From positions 26,957 through 90,956 of the forward strand of contig CAYVEC010000001.1 in NCBI GenBank assembly GCA_964450385.1: a stretch of 64,000 nt of DNA, written 5' to 3'. Of the stretch, positions 19,592-30,292 are shown piece by piece. The first letter of the stretch is position 1. Each line of letters opens with the position of its first letter. This stretch comes from an uncultured Planctomycetales bacterium. Its GTDB lineage: Bacteria; Omnitrophota; Gorgyraeia; Zapsychrales; JANLHA01. The position numbers were made by a program, and so were the translations under genes. The notes below the pieces were generated by a model that worked only from the letters and a program-made list of their open reading frames with translations, made no database searches and was not told the origin of the DNA.

Positions 19592-20341
19592 ATGTCAGGA
19601 CATTCAAAGTGGGCAACCATTAAGCATAAAAAGGCTGCGGCCGATGCCAAGAGGGGAGCGGTATTTACCAAATTGACGAAGGAGATCACGGCGGCAGCAA
19701 AGGCCGGCGGCGGGGACATTGAGAGCAATATCCGTCTTCGGACCGCGATCGCGAGGGCCAAGTCATTTAATATGCCGAGCTCCAATATTGATAACGCGCT
19801 TAAGAAGGGGACGGGTGAGCTTCCAGGGGTCACCTATGAGGAGGTTGTCTTTGACGCCTATGCCCCCGGCGGGGTCGCGGTCCTCATTGAGGGGTTGACC
19901 GATAATAAGAATCGGACCACGGCCGAGATCCGGAACATTCTTAACAAGAAGAACGGCAGTATGGCCGGTGCCGGGTCCACGGCCTGGATGTTTAGCGCCA
20001 AGGGCGTGATCGTTGTCAAGAAAGACGCGGTGAGCGAGGATGAATTGATGGAGGCGGCCCTGGAGGCTGGGGCCGAGGACATCAGCACCGAGGGAGACCT
20101 GTTTGAGGTGACCTGTGAGCCGACGGCCTTTGCTCAGGTGAGGGCGGCCCTGGAGGCGAAAAAGATCGCGCTTGAATCCGCTGAATTGACCAAGGTGCCG
20201 AGTTCGATGGTCAAGGTCACCGGGAATGACGCCCGGCAGGTCTTGGCCCTCATGGGCGCCCTCGAGGAGCATGAGGATGTCCAGGCGGTCCATGCGAACT
20301 TTGATATTTCTGACGAAGAAATGGATAGTCTGGCTGAATAA
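19592..20341 (+). CDS. yebC: YebC/PmpR-family DNA-binding transcriptional regulator
   Basis: MSGHSKWATIKHKKAAADAKRGAVFTKLTKEI hallmark N-terminus. 249 aa. Upstream of ruvC as in many bacteria. Confidence 0.85.
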   Translation: MSGHSKWATIKHKKAAADAKRGAVFTKLTKEITAAAKAGGGDIESNIRLRTAIARAKSFNMPSSNIDNALKKGTGELPGVTYEEVVFDAYAPGGVAVLIEGLTDNKNRTTAEIRNILNKKNGSMAGAGSTAWMFSAKGVIVVKKDAVSEDELMEAALEAGAEDISTEGDLFEVTCEPTAFAQVRAALEAKKIALESAELTKVPSSMVKVTGNDARQVLALMGALEEHEDVQAVHANFDISDEEMDSLAE

Positions 20342-20342
20342 T

Positions 20343-20834
20343 ATGGTCATTCTAGGGGTGGATCCGGGGCTTAACGCGACCGGGTACGGGGTGATTGAGG
20401 TTGAGGGCGGGGGGATGCCTCCGCGTCTGCGGCTCTGTGAGGCGGGGACGATTAATCCGAAAAAGAAAGACCGTCTGCCCCAGCGACTGGCAACGGTCTA
20501 CAAGAATCTGACCGAGATCATCGCCCAGTATCACCCTTCTGTTGTTGTTCTTGAGAAATTGTTTGCGCATTATAAACATCCGGCCACCGCGTTTGTCATG
20601 GGTCATGTGCGCGGGGTGATCTGTCTCGCTTGTGCCCATACCGGGGTTGAGCTTGAGGAGCATAGCGTCAAACGGATCCGGAAGGCGGTCCTGGGCAACG
20701 GGAACGCCACGAAGCTCCAGACGCGCGCGTCAGTCGCCCATATCCTGAAGCTCAATGCCGAGGAGCTGACCCTTGATGCGAGTGACGCCTTGGCGTTGAG
20801 TTTGGGCTATATTTACATGCAGCATTTATCATAA
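20343..20834 (+). CDS. ruvC: Crossover junction endodeoxyribonuclease RuvC
   Basis: MVILGVDPGLNATGYGVIE (catalytic Asp). VVLEKLFAHYKHPATAFVMGHVRGVI. About 164 aa. Start ATG 20343 just after the yebC stop. Confidence 0.85.
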   Translation: MVILGVDPGLNATGYGVIEVEGGGMPPRLRLCEAGTINPKKKDRLPQRLATVYKNLTEIIAQYHPSVVVLEKLFAHYKHPATAFVMGHVRGVICLACAHTGVELEEHSVKRIRKAVLGNGNATKLQTRASVAHILKLNAEELTLDASDALALSLGYIYMQHLS

Positions 20835-20858
20835 TCGAGGCTGCCGAGGGACCGAACG

Positions 20859-21497
20859 ATGATCGCACGAATAACAGGCGCCCTGATCGACACAAAGGAT
20901 ATGACGGCCCTGATTGATGTCCAGGGGGTCTGTTATGAGATCCTTGTTCCGACCTCGATCCTCAGCCGGCTGGCCGAGGCTGTTGATGCGAACGGTCGGG
21001 TGTCCCTTATTATCTATGATTATATTCAACTTTCCCCGGCGAAGGGGAATCCGACACTCGTGGGTTTTCTCAACGCGATCGAACGGGATTTCTTTTTGGA
21101 TTTTATTAAGGTGTCGGGGATCGGGCCACGGGCTGCGGTGAAGGCCCTTGATCAGCCGATCTCGGTCATCGCGGACGCGATCGCGCGTGGGGACGCGAAA
21201 TTTTTACAGTCCCTGCCGGGGATCGGTCAGCAGAAGGCCAAGGAGATCGTTGCCAAGCTTCAGAACAAGGTCGGAAAATACGGTTTGATCCAGGACCAGC
21301 CTGGCGCGCCTGTCGAGGCGGCTGGTTCTGGAGACGTCCCTGCCTGGCAGACGGAGGCCCTGGATGTCCTTCTTCAGTTGCAGTATAAAAAGGCCGAGGC
21401 CCTGCGGATGATCGAGGGGGCGATTGCGCATACCCCAGGTCTCTCGTCGGCGGAGGACCTTTTAAATGAAATTTATAAACAAAGGATCGTTGCCTAA
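20859..21497 (+). CDS. ruvA: Holliday junction branch migration protein RuvA
   Basis: MIARITGALIDTKDMTALIDVQGVCYEILVP OB-fold N-terminus. HhH region FLDFIKVSGIGPRAAVKAL. C-terminal domain III. Confidence 0.85.
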   Translation: MIARITGALIDTKDMTALIDVQGVCYEILVPTSILSRLAEAVDANGRVSLIIYDYIQLSPAKGNPTLVGFLNAIERDFFLDFIKVSGIGPRAAVKALDQPISVIADAIARGDAKFLQSLPGIGQQKAKEIVAKLQNKVGKYGLIQDQPGAPVEAAGSGDVPAWQTEALDVLLQLQYKKAEALRMIEGAIAHTPGLSSAEDLLNEIYKQRIVA

Positions 21498-22399
21498 TGG
21501 ATGATCAGGGCCAGAATTATATGAAGGGGGCCGTCGAGGCGTTATTGTTCATCAGCGACAAACCGATCACCGTTGACCAGATGCGCGAGGCGCTTGAGAC
21601 CCTCGAGCCCTCGGAGATCAAGGCGTTGGTCGCAGCTATTGAGAAAGAGTATGCCGAGACGGACCGGGGGATGCGGATCGTCGAGATCGCCGGCGGATTT
21701 CAGATGCTGAGCAGCCCCCAGTACGCCGAGTACATACGGAATTTATTTAAGACCCGGGTGAAGGAGAAGTTATCCCGGCCGGCCTTGGAGGCGCTCGCGA
21801 TCAGCGCCTATCGTCAGCCGGTCTCGCGGTCGGATATCGAGATGATTCGCGGGGTAAATTCGGACGGGGTCGTGACCCATTTATTGGAAAAGGGACTGAT
21901 CAAGATCGTGGGCCGAAAGGATGTCCCGGGGCGGCCGTTCCTTTATGGGACGACGAAGGCGTTCTTGGAATATTTTGGATTGAAGGAACTCAAGGATCTT
22001 CCCAAACTCGAGGATTTTGCCGCGACGATAGATCAGCATGGCGCGCCGGGCGGTGAGGGGAGCGGGGATCTCTTTTTCAGCAATGCCGGCGAATCGGTGG
22101 AGACTTCGGTCGCAGGTCTCGGCGATGACCATGTGAATCAGTCCTTTGCCCGTGAGGCCGTCTATCTTGACGACCCGGATGCCGAGAGGGCGGCCCTGCC
22201 GGATTCCGGCGATGGGCGTGACGCGGCGGAGGGTCTCGAGACCGACGATCGTCCTGAGGAGGCGGTAACGGATCTCAAGAAGGTCATGGATGAATTGAAC
22301 CGGGGTGAGGGCGGTGATGGGGAGGCGACAGCGGGATTGACCGAAGCGCCCGAGCCGTCAGTTCACGCCGCGCCCCTTGAGGGATCAGCGGAACGTTAA
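21497..22399 (+). CDS. scpB: Segregation and condensation protein B with an acidic C-terminal tail
   Basis: GAVEALLFISDKPITVDQMREAL and ALEALAISAYRQPVSRSDIEMIRGVNSDGVVTHLLEKGLIKIVGRKDVPGRPFLYGTT winged-helix repeats. No scpA is adjacent. Confidence 0.8.
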   Translation: MDDQGQNYMKGAVEALLFISDKPITVDQMREALETLEPSEIKALVAAIEKEYAETDRGMRIVEIAGGFQMLSSPQYAEYIRNLFKTRVKEKLSRPALEALAISAYRQPVSRSDIEMIRGVNSDGVVTHLLEKGLIKIVGRKDVPGRPFLYGTTKAFLEYFGLKELKDLPKLEDFAATIDQHGAPGGEGSGDLFFSNAGESVETSVAGLGDDHVNQSFAREAVYLDDPDAERAALPDSGDGRDAAEGLETDDRPEEAVTDLKKVMDELNRGEGGDGEATAGLTEAPEPSVHAAPLEGSAER

Positions 22400-22413
22400 C
22401 CGTGAGGTGAGCC

Positions 22414-23469
22414 ATGTCGTTAGCGGAATATCGGAAAAAGATCGATGCCCTGGATGATCGGATCGTGCGTCTGCTCAATCAGCGCGCGCGGGTCAGCCAG
22501 AAGATCGGTGAGCTGAAGGCCCGGCATCAGGCCGGGGTCTATGTCTCGTCCCGGGAACAGGAGGTTCTCCGCCGGGTGAAGGCCGCGAGCCGCGGCCCGA
22601 TGACCCCGGAGGCCCTTGAGGCGGTCTACCGTGAGATCATGTCGTCGGCCCTGTCCCTTGAGAAATCCCTGCAGATCGCCTATCTTGGGCCGCAGGCCTC
22701 ATTTACGAATTTGGCCGCGGTCCGGAAATTCGGGTCGCAGGTTGAATATAGTTCGTGCACCACGATCTCGGAGGTGTTCGCGAAGGTCGAGAATGGGGAT
22801 TGCGATTATGGGGTGGTCCCGATCGAGAATTCGATTGAGGGGGCGGTGACCAATACGTTCGATCTTCTTGTTGATTCGGAGTTGAAGATCTGCGCGCATT
22901 CGGTGATGGAGATCTCGCACAATTTGTTATCAAAGACGACGATCGATAAGGTGCGGAAGGTCTATTCAAAGAGCGAGGTCTTTGCCCAATGTCGGAATTG
23001 GCTTCACCAGCATTTGCCTGAGGTCGAGCTCATTGAGGTTTCCTCGAGCGCCCGGGCGGCCCAGTTGGCGGGGAAGGAAAAGGGAACGGCCGCGGTGGCA
23101 TCGCTCTTGGCCGCGGATCTGTATCACTTGCAGATCCTTAAGAAAGGGATCGAGGATTTTTCGCACAACGTGACACGATTTTTGGTCATCGCCAAGAGTG
23201 ACGCGAATCCAACAGGAAATGACCGGACATCGATCCTGTTCTCGATCCGGGATAAGGTCGGGGCCCTGCACGATATGCTCGCCCCATTTTATAAGCACGG
23301 GATCAATCTGACCAAGATTGAGTCTCGTCCCTCTAAGAAAAAGGCGTGGGATTATTATTTCTTTGTGGATTTTGAGGGGCATCGTGATGACCCGAAGGTC
23401 CAGACCGCGTTAAAGCATTTGGATGGAATGTGTAAATATTTAAAAGTCCTCGGGTCGTACCCGGCGTAG
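22414..23469 (+). CDS. pheA: Bifunctional chorismate mutase / prephenate dehydratase (P-protein)
   Basis: N-terminal chorismate mutase helix (EYRKKIDALDDRIVRLLNQRARVSQKIGELK). PDT domain (IAYLGPQASFTNLAA). C-terminal ACT domain (ILFSIRDKVGALHDMLAPF). Confidence 0.8.
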   Translation: MSLAEYRKKIDALDDRIVRLLNQRARVSQKIGELKARHQAGVYVSSREQEVLRRVKAASRGPMTPEALEAVYREIMSSALSLEKSLQIAYLGPQASFTNLAAVRKFGSQVEYSSCTTISEVFAKVENGDCDYGVVPIENSIEGAVTNTFDLLVDSELKICAHSVMEISHNLLSKTTIDKVRKVYSKSEVFAQCRNWLHQHLPEVELIEVSSSARAAQLAGKEKGTAAVASLLAADLYHLQILKKGIEDFSHNVTRFLVIAKSDANPTGNDRTSILFSIRDKVGALHDMLAPFYKHGINLTKIESRPSKKKAWDYYFFVDFEGHRDDPKVQTALKHLDGMCKYLKVLGSYPA

Positions 23470-23481
23470 AGAAGAGACGCG

Positions 23482-24579
23482 ATGAAGAAAAAAGCGATCC
23501 AGCGTTTATTGAAGTTACAGCCTTATCAGCCGGGCCGGCCCATCAGTGAGGTCAAACGCGAACTCGGGCTTCGCCAGGTGGTGAAGCTCGCCTCGAATGA
23601 GAATCCCTACCCGCCGTCACCGAAGGTGATCGAGGCGATCACCCGCGCTGCCCAGGACCTCAATCGGTATCCGGACGGATATTGTTATGAGCTCCGACGA
23701 GCCGTCGCGGAGTTCCTGCATGTCGATCGGGATGATCTGATCTTTGGGAATGGGTCTGATGAGATCATTATTATGGCGCAGCGGGCCTTTGTTGAGCCTG
23801 GGGACGAGGTCATCGTGTCTCATCCGTCGTTTATGGTTTATAGTATCGGGGCTCAGGCCCTCGGGGCGGTGACGCGGGTGATCCCGATGAAGGATTTTCG
23901 GCATGACCTGGCAGCGATCACCGCCGCGGTCACAGATCGGACCAAGATCATTTTTATCGATAACCCGGGGAACCCCGCGGGAACGTATGTTCCATCAGAC
24001 GAGCTGAAGGGTTTTTTGGATTCGGTGCCTTCGGATGTGCTCGTCTTTCTCGATGAGGCGTACTATGAGTATGCCGTTGAGCGGGATGATTATCCTCGGA
24101 CGATTCCCTGGCTGTCGCAGTATCCGAATCTTGTGGTGGCGCGGACGTTCTCGAAGATGTACGGGCTTGCGGGGCTTCGGGTCGGGTACGCCGCGGCGAG
24201 CGCTGAGGTGGTTGATCTCCTGAACCGTGTCCGTGAACCTTTTAACGTGAATTCGCTCGCTCAGGTGGCCGCGGTCGCGGCCCTGCGTGACCGCCGGTAT
24301 TATGAGGGTATCCGCCGGGAGTTCCTTGGCGAACGCCAGCGCGTCTGCGCGGCCCTCGAGGAGATGGGGATCCCCTATGTCCCGAGCGCGACCAATTTTG
24401 TCCTGATGAATGTCGGGGCGTTCGGCCCTGGGGTGGCTGACCGGCTTCTCGGCGCCGGGGTGATCGTCCGGGATATGCGCGCCTGGGGTCTCGAGGCGTA
24501 TATCCGTATTACGATCGGAAGCGCGCGGGAGAATAATAAATGTCTTCGAGCATTACAAACCGTTGTTCAGAAAAGTTGA
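23482..24579 (+). CDS. hisC: Histidinol-phosphate / aromatic aminotransferase (class II PLP)
   Basis: LASNENPYPPSPKV motif. PLP-lysine region (RTFSKMYGLAGLRVGY). 365 aa. Embedded in an aromatic amino-acid gene block, so it may act as an aromatic aminotransferase. Confidence 0.75.
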   Translation: MKKKAIQRLLKLQPYQPGRPISEVKRELGLRQVVKLASNENPYPPSPKVIEAITRAAQDLNRYPDGYCYELRRAVAEFLHVDRDDLIFGNGSDEIIIMAQRAFVEPGDEVIVSHPSFMVYSIGAQALGAVTRVIPMKDFRHDLAAITAAVTDRTKIIFIDNPGNPAGTYVPSDELKGFLDSVPSDVLVFLDEAYYEYAVERDDYPRTIPWLSQYPNLVVARTFSKMYGLAGLRVGYAAASAEVVDLLNRVREPFNVNSLAQVAAVAALRDRRYYEGIRREFLGERQRVCAALEEMGIPYVPSATNFVLMNVGAFGPGVADRLLGAGVIVRDMRAWGLEAYIRITIGSARENNKCLRALQTVVQKS

Positions 24580-24586
24580 GGGCGAG

Positions 24587-25603
24587 ATGATCGTTATATT
24601 GAAATCAGATGTGACCGAGGAACAGATTCAGCATATTGTTCAAAAGGCCGAGGCCTTGGGTCTGCGGGCCCATATTTCCCGAGGGGTCGAGCGCAGCATT
24701 ATCGGGTTCATCGGACCCGAGGATGTTCTTCGCGTAACCCCGCTTGAGGTGTTCCCCGGTGTTGAAAGCGTCATGCCGGTATTGTCTCCATTTCGGCTGG
24801 TCTCCAGAGAGTTCCAGCCCCAGGATTCTGAGGTCGTGGTCAAAAAAGGGGTCGTGATCGGGGGCAAGGCCCTTGTGATCATGGCCGGTCCGTGTTCGAT
24901 CGAGAGTTATGAGACCCTCCTTGATGTGGCTGAACACGTGAAAAAGGCCGGGGCCACGATCCTTCGCGGCGGGGCCTTTAAGCCGAGGACGTCGCCGTAC
25001 GATTTTCAGGGGATGGGTGAGGACGGCCTCAAGATTATGAAAGATGTGGCTCAGGCCACAGGGTTGGCGACGGTGACTGAGCTTATGGATACCCGTCATG
25101 TTGAGCTCTTGGACCGGTATGTTGACATGTTCCAGATCGGGGCGCGCAATATGCAGAATTTTACGCTCCTGCGCGAGGTCGGAAAGACCCGAAAGCCGGT
25201 TCTTTTAAAACGCGGCATCAGCGCCACGATTAAGGAATGGCTGATGTCGGCCGAATATATTTTATCCGAGGGGAACACGAGCGTGGTTCTCTGCGAGCGG
25301 GGGATTCGGACCTTTGAGACCGAGACACGGAACACCGTGGACATCAATGCTGTTCCGGTCGTGAAACAGAAATCTCATCTGCCGATCATCGTGGATCCGA
25401 GCCATGGGACAGGCCGGTGGGGGCTGGTGGGGAGCGTCGCTAAGGCGGCGGTCGCGGCGGGGTGTGACGGATTGATGATCGAGGTCCATCACAATCCCGA
25501 AGAGGCCCAGTCGGACGGGGCCCAGTCGCTCGTGCCCGAACGGTTCGCGCAGCTCGTGAAGGAATTACGGGCCGTGGCCCAGGCGGTCGGACGAACATTA
25601 TAA
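24587..25603 (+). CDS. 3-deoxy-7-phosphoheptulonate (DAHP) synthase, type I-beta, with an N-terminal regulatory extension
   Basis: [71 protein letters not shown] metal-binding His. About 80 aa N-terminal ACT/ferredoxin-like domain. Confidence 0.75.
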   Translation: MIVILKSDVTEEQIQHIVQKAEALGLRAHISRGVERSIIGFIGPEDVLRVTPLEVFPGVESVMPVLSPFRLVSREFQPQDSEVVVKKGVVIGGKALVIMAGPCSIESYETLLDVAEHVKKAGATILRGGAFKPRTSPYDFQGMGEDGLKIMKDVAQATGLATVTELMDTRHVELLDRYVDMFQIGARNMQNFTLLREVGKTRKPVLLKRGISATIKEWLMSAEYILSEGNTSVVLCERGIRTFETETRNTVDINAVPVVKQKSHLPIIVDPSHGTGRWGLVGSVAKAAVAAGCDGLMIEVHHNPEEAQSDGAQSLVPERFAQLVKELRAVAQAVGRTL

Positions 25604-25629
25604 TCAGACATCTACGATAGAGGGTGACT

Positions 25630-26490
25630 ATGATGGGATTCGGAGGGGGACCGGTATTTCGTAAGGTGGCGATCATTGGCGTTGGGTTGATCGGTGGTTC
25701 GCTGGGAAAGGCGATCAAAAAACATCAGCTGGCTCGAGAGGTGATTGGGTTTTCTCGGCGGCGCGAGACGCTCGCGGCAGCAGTCCAAGCCCAGGCGATC
25801 GATCACGGTTCGCTTGATCTGAAGAAGGCGGTTCTGAACGCGGACCTGGTTGTCCTTGCGACCCCGGTCCGGGCCGTTGAAGAGATCATGCGGCAGATCG
25901 AGCCTGACCTGAAGAAGGGCGTTCTTGTCATGGATGTCGGCAGTACCAAGGCCGGCATTGTTGCCTCGGCGCAGGCTGTTTTGTCGAACGGAGCGATGTT
26001 CGTGGGTGCTCATCCGTTAGCTGGATCTGAAAAACGGGGAATTGAATTCGCTGACGAAAATCTTTTTGCCGGGTCTACATGCATTCTCACCCCGGTCGAA
26101 ACAACGAATCGAGGTGCGGTCGAGCGGGTGAAACGGTTATGGGCGAGTGTGGGGGCAGCGGTCAAGATCATGGATCCGGAGGAACATGACCGGACCCTGG
26201 CCTATGTCAGCCATCTTCCGCATGTGATCGCGTATGCTCTGATGCAGACGATTCCGTCGGAGTTTTTGCCATACGGGGCCACAGGGTTGAAGGATACGAC
26301 CCGGATCGCGGCATCGTCGCCCGAGGTCTGGCAGGATATTTGTTTAGTGAATTCGAGGAATATGCTTGATGCGATGGATGCCTTTGTCGAGCACTTTTCA
26401 ACGATGCGGCGCGCGATGGGCGAATCGGATGACAAGGTGCTCTTAGAACAGTTCCAAGCCGCCCAGAAAAAAAGAGAAGGCCTTGCGTGA
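25630..26490 (+). CDS. tyrA: Prephenate (or arogenate) dehydrogenase
   Basis: Rossmann VAIIGVGLIGGSLGKAIKKH. Dimerisation domain with SHLPHVIAYALMQT motif. Confidence 0.75.
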   Translation: MMGFGGGPVFRKVAIIGVGLIGGSLGKAIKKHQLAREVIGFSRRRETLAAAVQAQAIDHGSLDLKKAVLNADLVVLATPVRAVEEIMRQIEPDLKKGVLVMDVGSTKAGIVASAQAVLSNGAMFVGAHPLAGSEKRGIEFADENLFAGSTCILTPVETTNRGAVERVKRLWASVGAAVKIMDPEEHDRTLAYVSHLPHVIAYALMQTIPSEFLPYGATGLKDTTRIAASSPEVWQDICLVNSRNMLDAMDAFVEHFSTMRRAMGESDDKVLLEQFQAAQKKREGLA

Positions 26491-27176
26491 AGCCTCGGTC
26501 CGGATCCCAGGTGGTCGCTATTGATGGTCCTGCTGGCGCTGGCAAGAGCACGGTCGCCAAGCTCCTGGCCAGCCGTTTAGGGTTTTCATACTTGGATACC
26601 GGGGCGATGTACCGGTCGCTCACGCTTAAAGCCATGCGGGGCGGGGTTGACCTCACGGACGGGGCGGCCCTTGCGGATCTTGCCCGCCGGACCGAGATCG
26701 ATATCATCGGGAATCCCGCGTCGGGGGTTAAGGTTATTTTGGATGGTGAAGACGTCTCAGAGGCTATTCGTACACCCGAGGTAACGAATCAGACGTTTCA
26801 TATTGCGGGAGAGTCGCTCGTCCGCGAGGTCATGGTCGGGCTTCAGCGCCGGATCGGCAGCCGCGCGGACGTCGTCATCGAGGGGCGTGACATCGGCACG
26901 GTTGTGTTCCCTGAGGCGCAGCATAAATTTTATCTGGACGCGACTGTTGAGGAGCGGGCCCTCCGCCGGCACAAGGAATTTTTGGCCAAGGGGAAAGCGT
27001 CAGTTTTGGAGCAGGTCCTTCAGGACGTTCAGGCTCGAGATCACAAGGATTTCACCCGCCGGGTCGGCCCGTTAAGGAAGGCGGCCGATGCCATCGTCAT
27101 CGATTCAAGCGCGATGACGATCGATGAGGTGATTGCCTGTATGGCCTCTCATATCCTCGGAAAGCAGAAATCGTAG
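26487..27176 (+). CDS. cmk: Cytidylate kinase
   Basis: VAIDGPAGAGKSTVAKLLASRLGFSYLDTGAMYR P-loop and NMP-binding signature. GTG start overlaps the tyrA stop. Confidence 0.85.
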   Translation: MKPRSGSQVVAIDGPAGAGKSTVAKLLASRLGFSYLDTGAMYRSLTLKAMRGGVDLTDGAALADLARRTEIDIIGNPASGVKVILDGEDVSEAIRTPEVTNQTFHIAGESLVREVMVGLQRRIGSRADVVIEGRDIGTVVFPEAQHKFYLDATVEERALRRHKEFLAKGKASVLEQVLQDVQARDHKDFTRRVGPLRKAADAIVIDSSAMTIDEVIACMASHILGKQKS

Positions 27177-27202
27177 CGACGTATGGGGACACAGAACAGT
27201 CA

Positions 27203-28992
27203 TGGATAGATCATTAATCCGTAATTTCTCGATCATTGCGCATATCGATCACGGCAAATCGACCCTTGCTGACCGGCTCCTGCTTTTTACGGGCGCGATC
27301 GATGAGCGGAAATTCCATCATCAGCTTCTCGACAGTATGGACCTCGAGCAGGAACGGGGGATCACGATCAAGGCCTCGGCCGTGCGGATCCATTATCCGG
27401 CGCGCGACGGCCAGGAATATGTTTTTAATTTGATCGACACCCCCGGCCATGTGGACTTTTCCTATGAGGTCGAGAAGTCACTTCGGGCCTGCGAGGGGGC
27501 CCTGCTCGTGACGGACGCCTCTCAGGGCGTTGAGTCGCAGACCGTGGCCAATTATTATCTGGCCATTGACAATCATCTCGAGCTCCTTCCCGTCTTGAAC
27601 AAGATCGATATTACAACAATTGACCTCGATCACGCGAAGCTCGAGCTGATGGAGATCCTTGGTTTTGATGAGCACAAGATCCAGCTCGTTTCAGCCAAGG
27701 AGGGGATCGGGATCGCAGAGCTGTTTGAGAAGATCGTTGAGGTGATCCCACCGCCGGAAGGAGATGAGGCCGCGCCCCTCAAGGCCCTGATCTTTGACAT
27801 GGAATATGATATTTATAAAGGGGTGATCATCTATGTCCGGATTCTTGATGGGGTGATTGCGCCCGGTCTGCGTGTCGTCATGATGAATACCGGGAATGAA
27901 TTTGCTGTTGAAGAGGTCGGCGTTTTTCGGCCGGAGATGACCCGGGTGAAGGGGTTGGCGGCCGGGGAGGTTGGGTATATCGCCTGTAATGTCCATGATC
28001 CGCAGATGGTGCGGATCGGGGACACGGTCACGGACAAGGCACGGCCGGCGGCTGAGGCCCTTCCTGGGTACCGCCAGCTGAACCCCCTTGTTTTTTGCGG
28101 GATCTATCCGGTGAATGCCAAGGATTTCATGCCCCTGCGCGAGGCGATCGGGAAATTGAGGCTCAATGACCCGAGCTTTACGTATGAGCCCGAGAGTTCG
28201 CAGTCGTTCGGGCATGGGTTCCGCTGCGGCTTCCTCGGGCTCCTCCATATGGAGATTGTTCAGGAGCGCCTCCAGCGTGAATACGACCTGAATTTGATCC
28301 TGACCACGCCGAATGTCCAGTATCAGGTTGTCAAAAAGAACGGGGAGCGCGTCGCACTGGAAAATCCGTGCGACCTGCCCGACGGGGGGATCACGGACCG
28401 GATCGAAGAGCCGATCCTCGAGGTCGCGATCATGACGCCGGTTCAGTACATGGACCGGGTGATGGAGCTCGCGAAGACCAAGCGCGGGAATTTTCAAAAG
28501 AGCGAGTATGTTTCGGATCGGATGCGGATCGTCTTTGATATTCCTCTGGCCGAGGTGATCGTGGACTTTAACGATATGGTGAAGTCCCTGACCCGGGGAT
28601 ATGGCTCGATCGATTATAAATTTAAGGGTTTCCAGGTGGCCACGGTGTCGCGGCTGGACATTCTCATCAACGGCAAGCCGTGTGATGCCTTTTCGTTCCT
28701 TGTGAATAAGGACCGCGCCTATGAAAAAGGATCGGCCCTGGTCTCCAAGTTGAAGGACCTCATTCCTCAGCAGCTCTATGAGGTGAAGGTCCAGGCCTCC
28801 TGCGACGGCCGGATCATTTCGAGCGCGCGGATTAAGGCCACGGGGAAGAATGTCACAGCCAAATGCTACGGCGGGGATATCACACGGAAACGGAAACTTT
28901 GGGAAAAACAAAAAGAGGGCAAGAAACGGCTCAAGCAGATCGGCAATGTCGAGGTGCCGCAGGAGGCGTTCTTGGCCGCGTTAAAGATATGA
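27203..28992 (+). CDS. lepA: Translation elongation factor 4 (LepA)
   Basis: IRNFSIIAHIDHGKSTLADRLL G1 motif. DTPGHVDF G3. NKID G4. LepA-specific C-terminal domain. Followed by lepB. Confidence 0.9.
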
Positions 28993-29004
28993 TCGGGGGT
29001 AGCG

Positions 29005-29571
29005 ATGAATAAGCCGGCGTGGAGAGAATGGGTCGAGTCGCTTGCGATCGCTTTTATTTTGGCGATGTTTATCCGGACGTTTTTTATCCAGGCATTCCGG
29101 ATCCCGAGCGGATCCATGGAGCCGACGCTTCAGATTCAGGACCGCCTCATGGTGAACAAGCTCCGTCTGGGGCCGAAGATCCCGTTCACGCATAAACGGA
29201 TCCCGGGGTACGGCCAGCTTCATCGGGGCGATATTATCGTCTTCGTTTATCCCGGTGAGCCCAAGAAGGATTTTATCAAACGACTGATCGCCTTTGGCGG
29301 GGAGCGGGTCGAGATTCGTTTCGGTGATGTCTATATCAACGATCAGATCGTCGAAGATCCGCGGATAAGGAATATTTATTACTATAACTATGGGCCGTAC
29401 GCCCAGCCTGGGGCCGCGATCGAGGTTCCGCCGGGACATCTGTTTGTCCTTGGGGATAATAGTAAATCGAGTCATGACAGCCGGTATTGGGGATTTGTTC
29501 CGGTCGAAAATGTGATCGGAAATGCGTCGGTCATTTATTTTCCATTCACACGGATGCGTTTTATACGGTAA
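29005..29571 (+). CDS. lepB: Signal peptidase I
   Basis: N-terminal TM. SGSMEPTL catalytic Ser box. GDNSKSSHDSRYWGFV box E. KR catalytic Lys region (IKRLIAFGGE). Confidence 0.85.
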   Translation: MNKPAWREWVESLAIAFILAMFIRTFFIQAFRIPSGSMEPTLQIQDRLMVNKLRLGPKIPFTHKRIPGYGQLHRGDIIVFVYPGEPKKDFIKRLIAFGGERVEIRFGDVYINDQIVEDPRIRNIYYYNYGPYAQPGAAIEVPPGHLFVLGDNSKSSHDSRYWGFVPVENVIGNASVIYFPFTRMRFIR

Positions 29572-29577
29572 AGGGGT

Positions 29578-30210
29578 GTGGGGATGATGCTTGTTGTCGG
29601 GATCCTTGCGGCGTATTGTCTTGGGTCGTTGCCCACGGCCTATCTCACGGGCCGGGTTTTAAAAGGGATCGATATCCGTGAGCATGGCTCAGGGAATGTC
29701 GGTGCCACGAACACCTTTCGTGTCTTGGGCCGGGGACCCGGGATACTGGTTCTGGTCGTTGATATTCTTAAAGGTGTTCTCGGTGTTCTTGGTGTTGGGG
29801 CCTTGCTCGGATTGCCGGAGGAACTCGACCGGATTCTGCTCGGCCTCGCGGCGGTTTCGGGTCATAACTGGACGATCTTCCTCGAGTTTAAGGGTGGAAA
29901 AGGGATGGCGACCAGTTTGGGTGTGCTGATTGGTCTTGCCGTCTCGTTCCCTGATCTGTGGCTTGTTGTGGGGATGTGCCTTTTTGTGTGGATCCTCGTC
30001 TTTGGCGCGAGCGGATATGTCTCGCTCGCCTCTCTTTTGGCTGCTGTTGCCCTGCCTGTTGTTATGGTCGCCGCAGGGCAGGGATATGCCATGGTCGTAT
30101 TGGCCGCTGTGTTTTGTCTGTTCGTGGTTGTCCGGCATCGTTCGAATCTTCAGCGGATTCTTTCCAGGACCGAGCATCGGGTCAGATGGCTGCCGTGGTT
30201 TCGGACCTGA
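29578..30210 (+). CDS. plsY: Glycerol-3-phosphate acyltransferase PlsY
   Basis: LGSLPTAYLTGRVLKGIDIREHGSGNVGATNTFRVLG hallmark motif. Multi-pass membrane protein of about 200 aa. Confidence 0.85.
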   Translation: MGMMLVVGILAAYCLGSLPTAYLTGRVLKGIDIREHGSGNVGATNTFRVLGRGPGILVLVVDILKGVLGVLGVGALLGLPEELDRILLGLAAVSGHNWTIFLEFKGGKGMATSLGVLIGLAVSFPDLWLVVGMCLFVWILVFGASGYVSLASLLAAVALPVVMVAAGQGYAMVVLAAVFCLFVVVRHRSNLQRILSRTEHRVRWLPWFRT

Positions 30211-30292
30211 TAGGCGGGGTGTGATCTTTTGCCTCGGAACCCGGGGTGTGGTATTATTGTTCTGTCGAAACACGGTATCAAAGACGTTAAGA

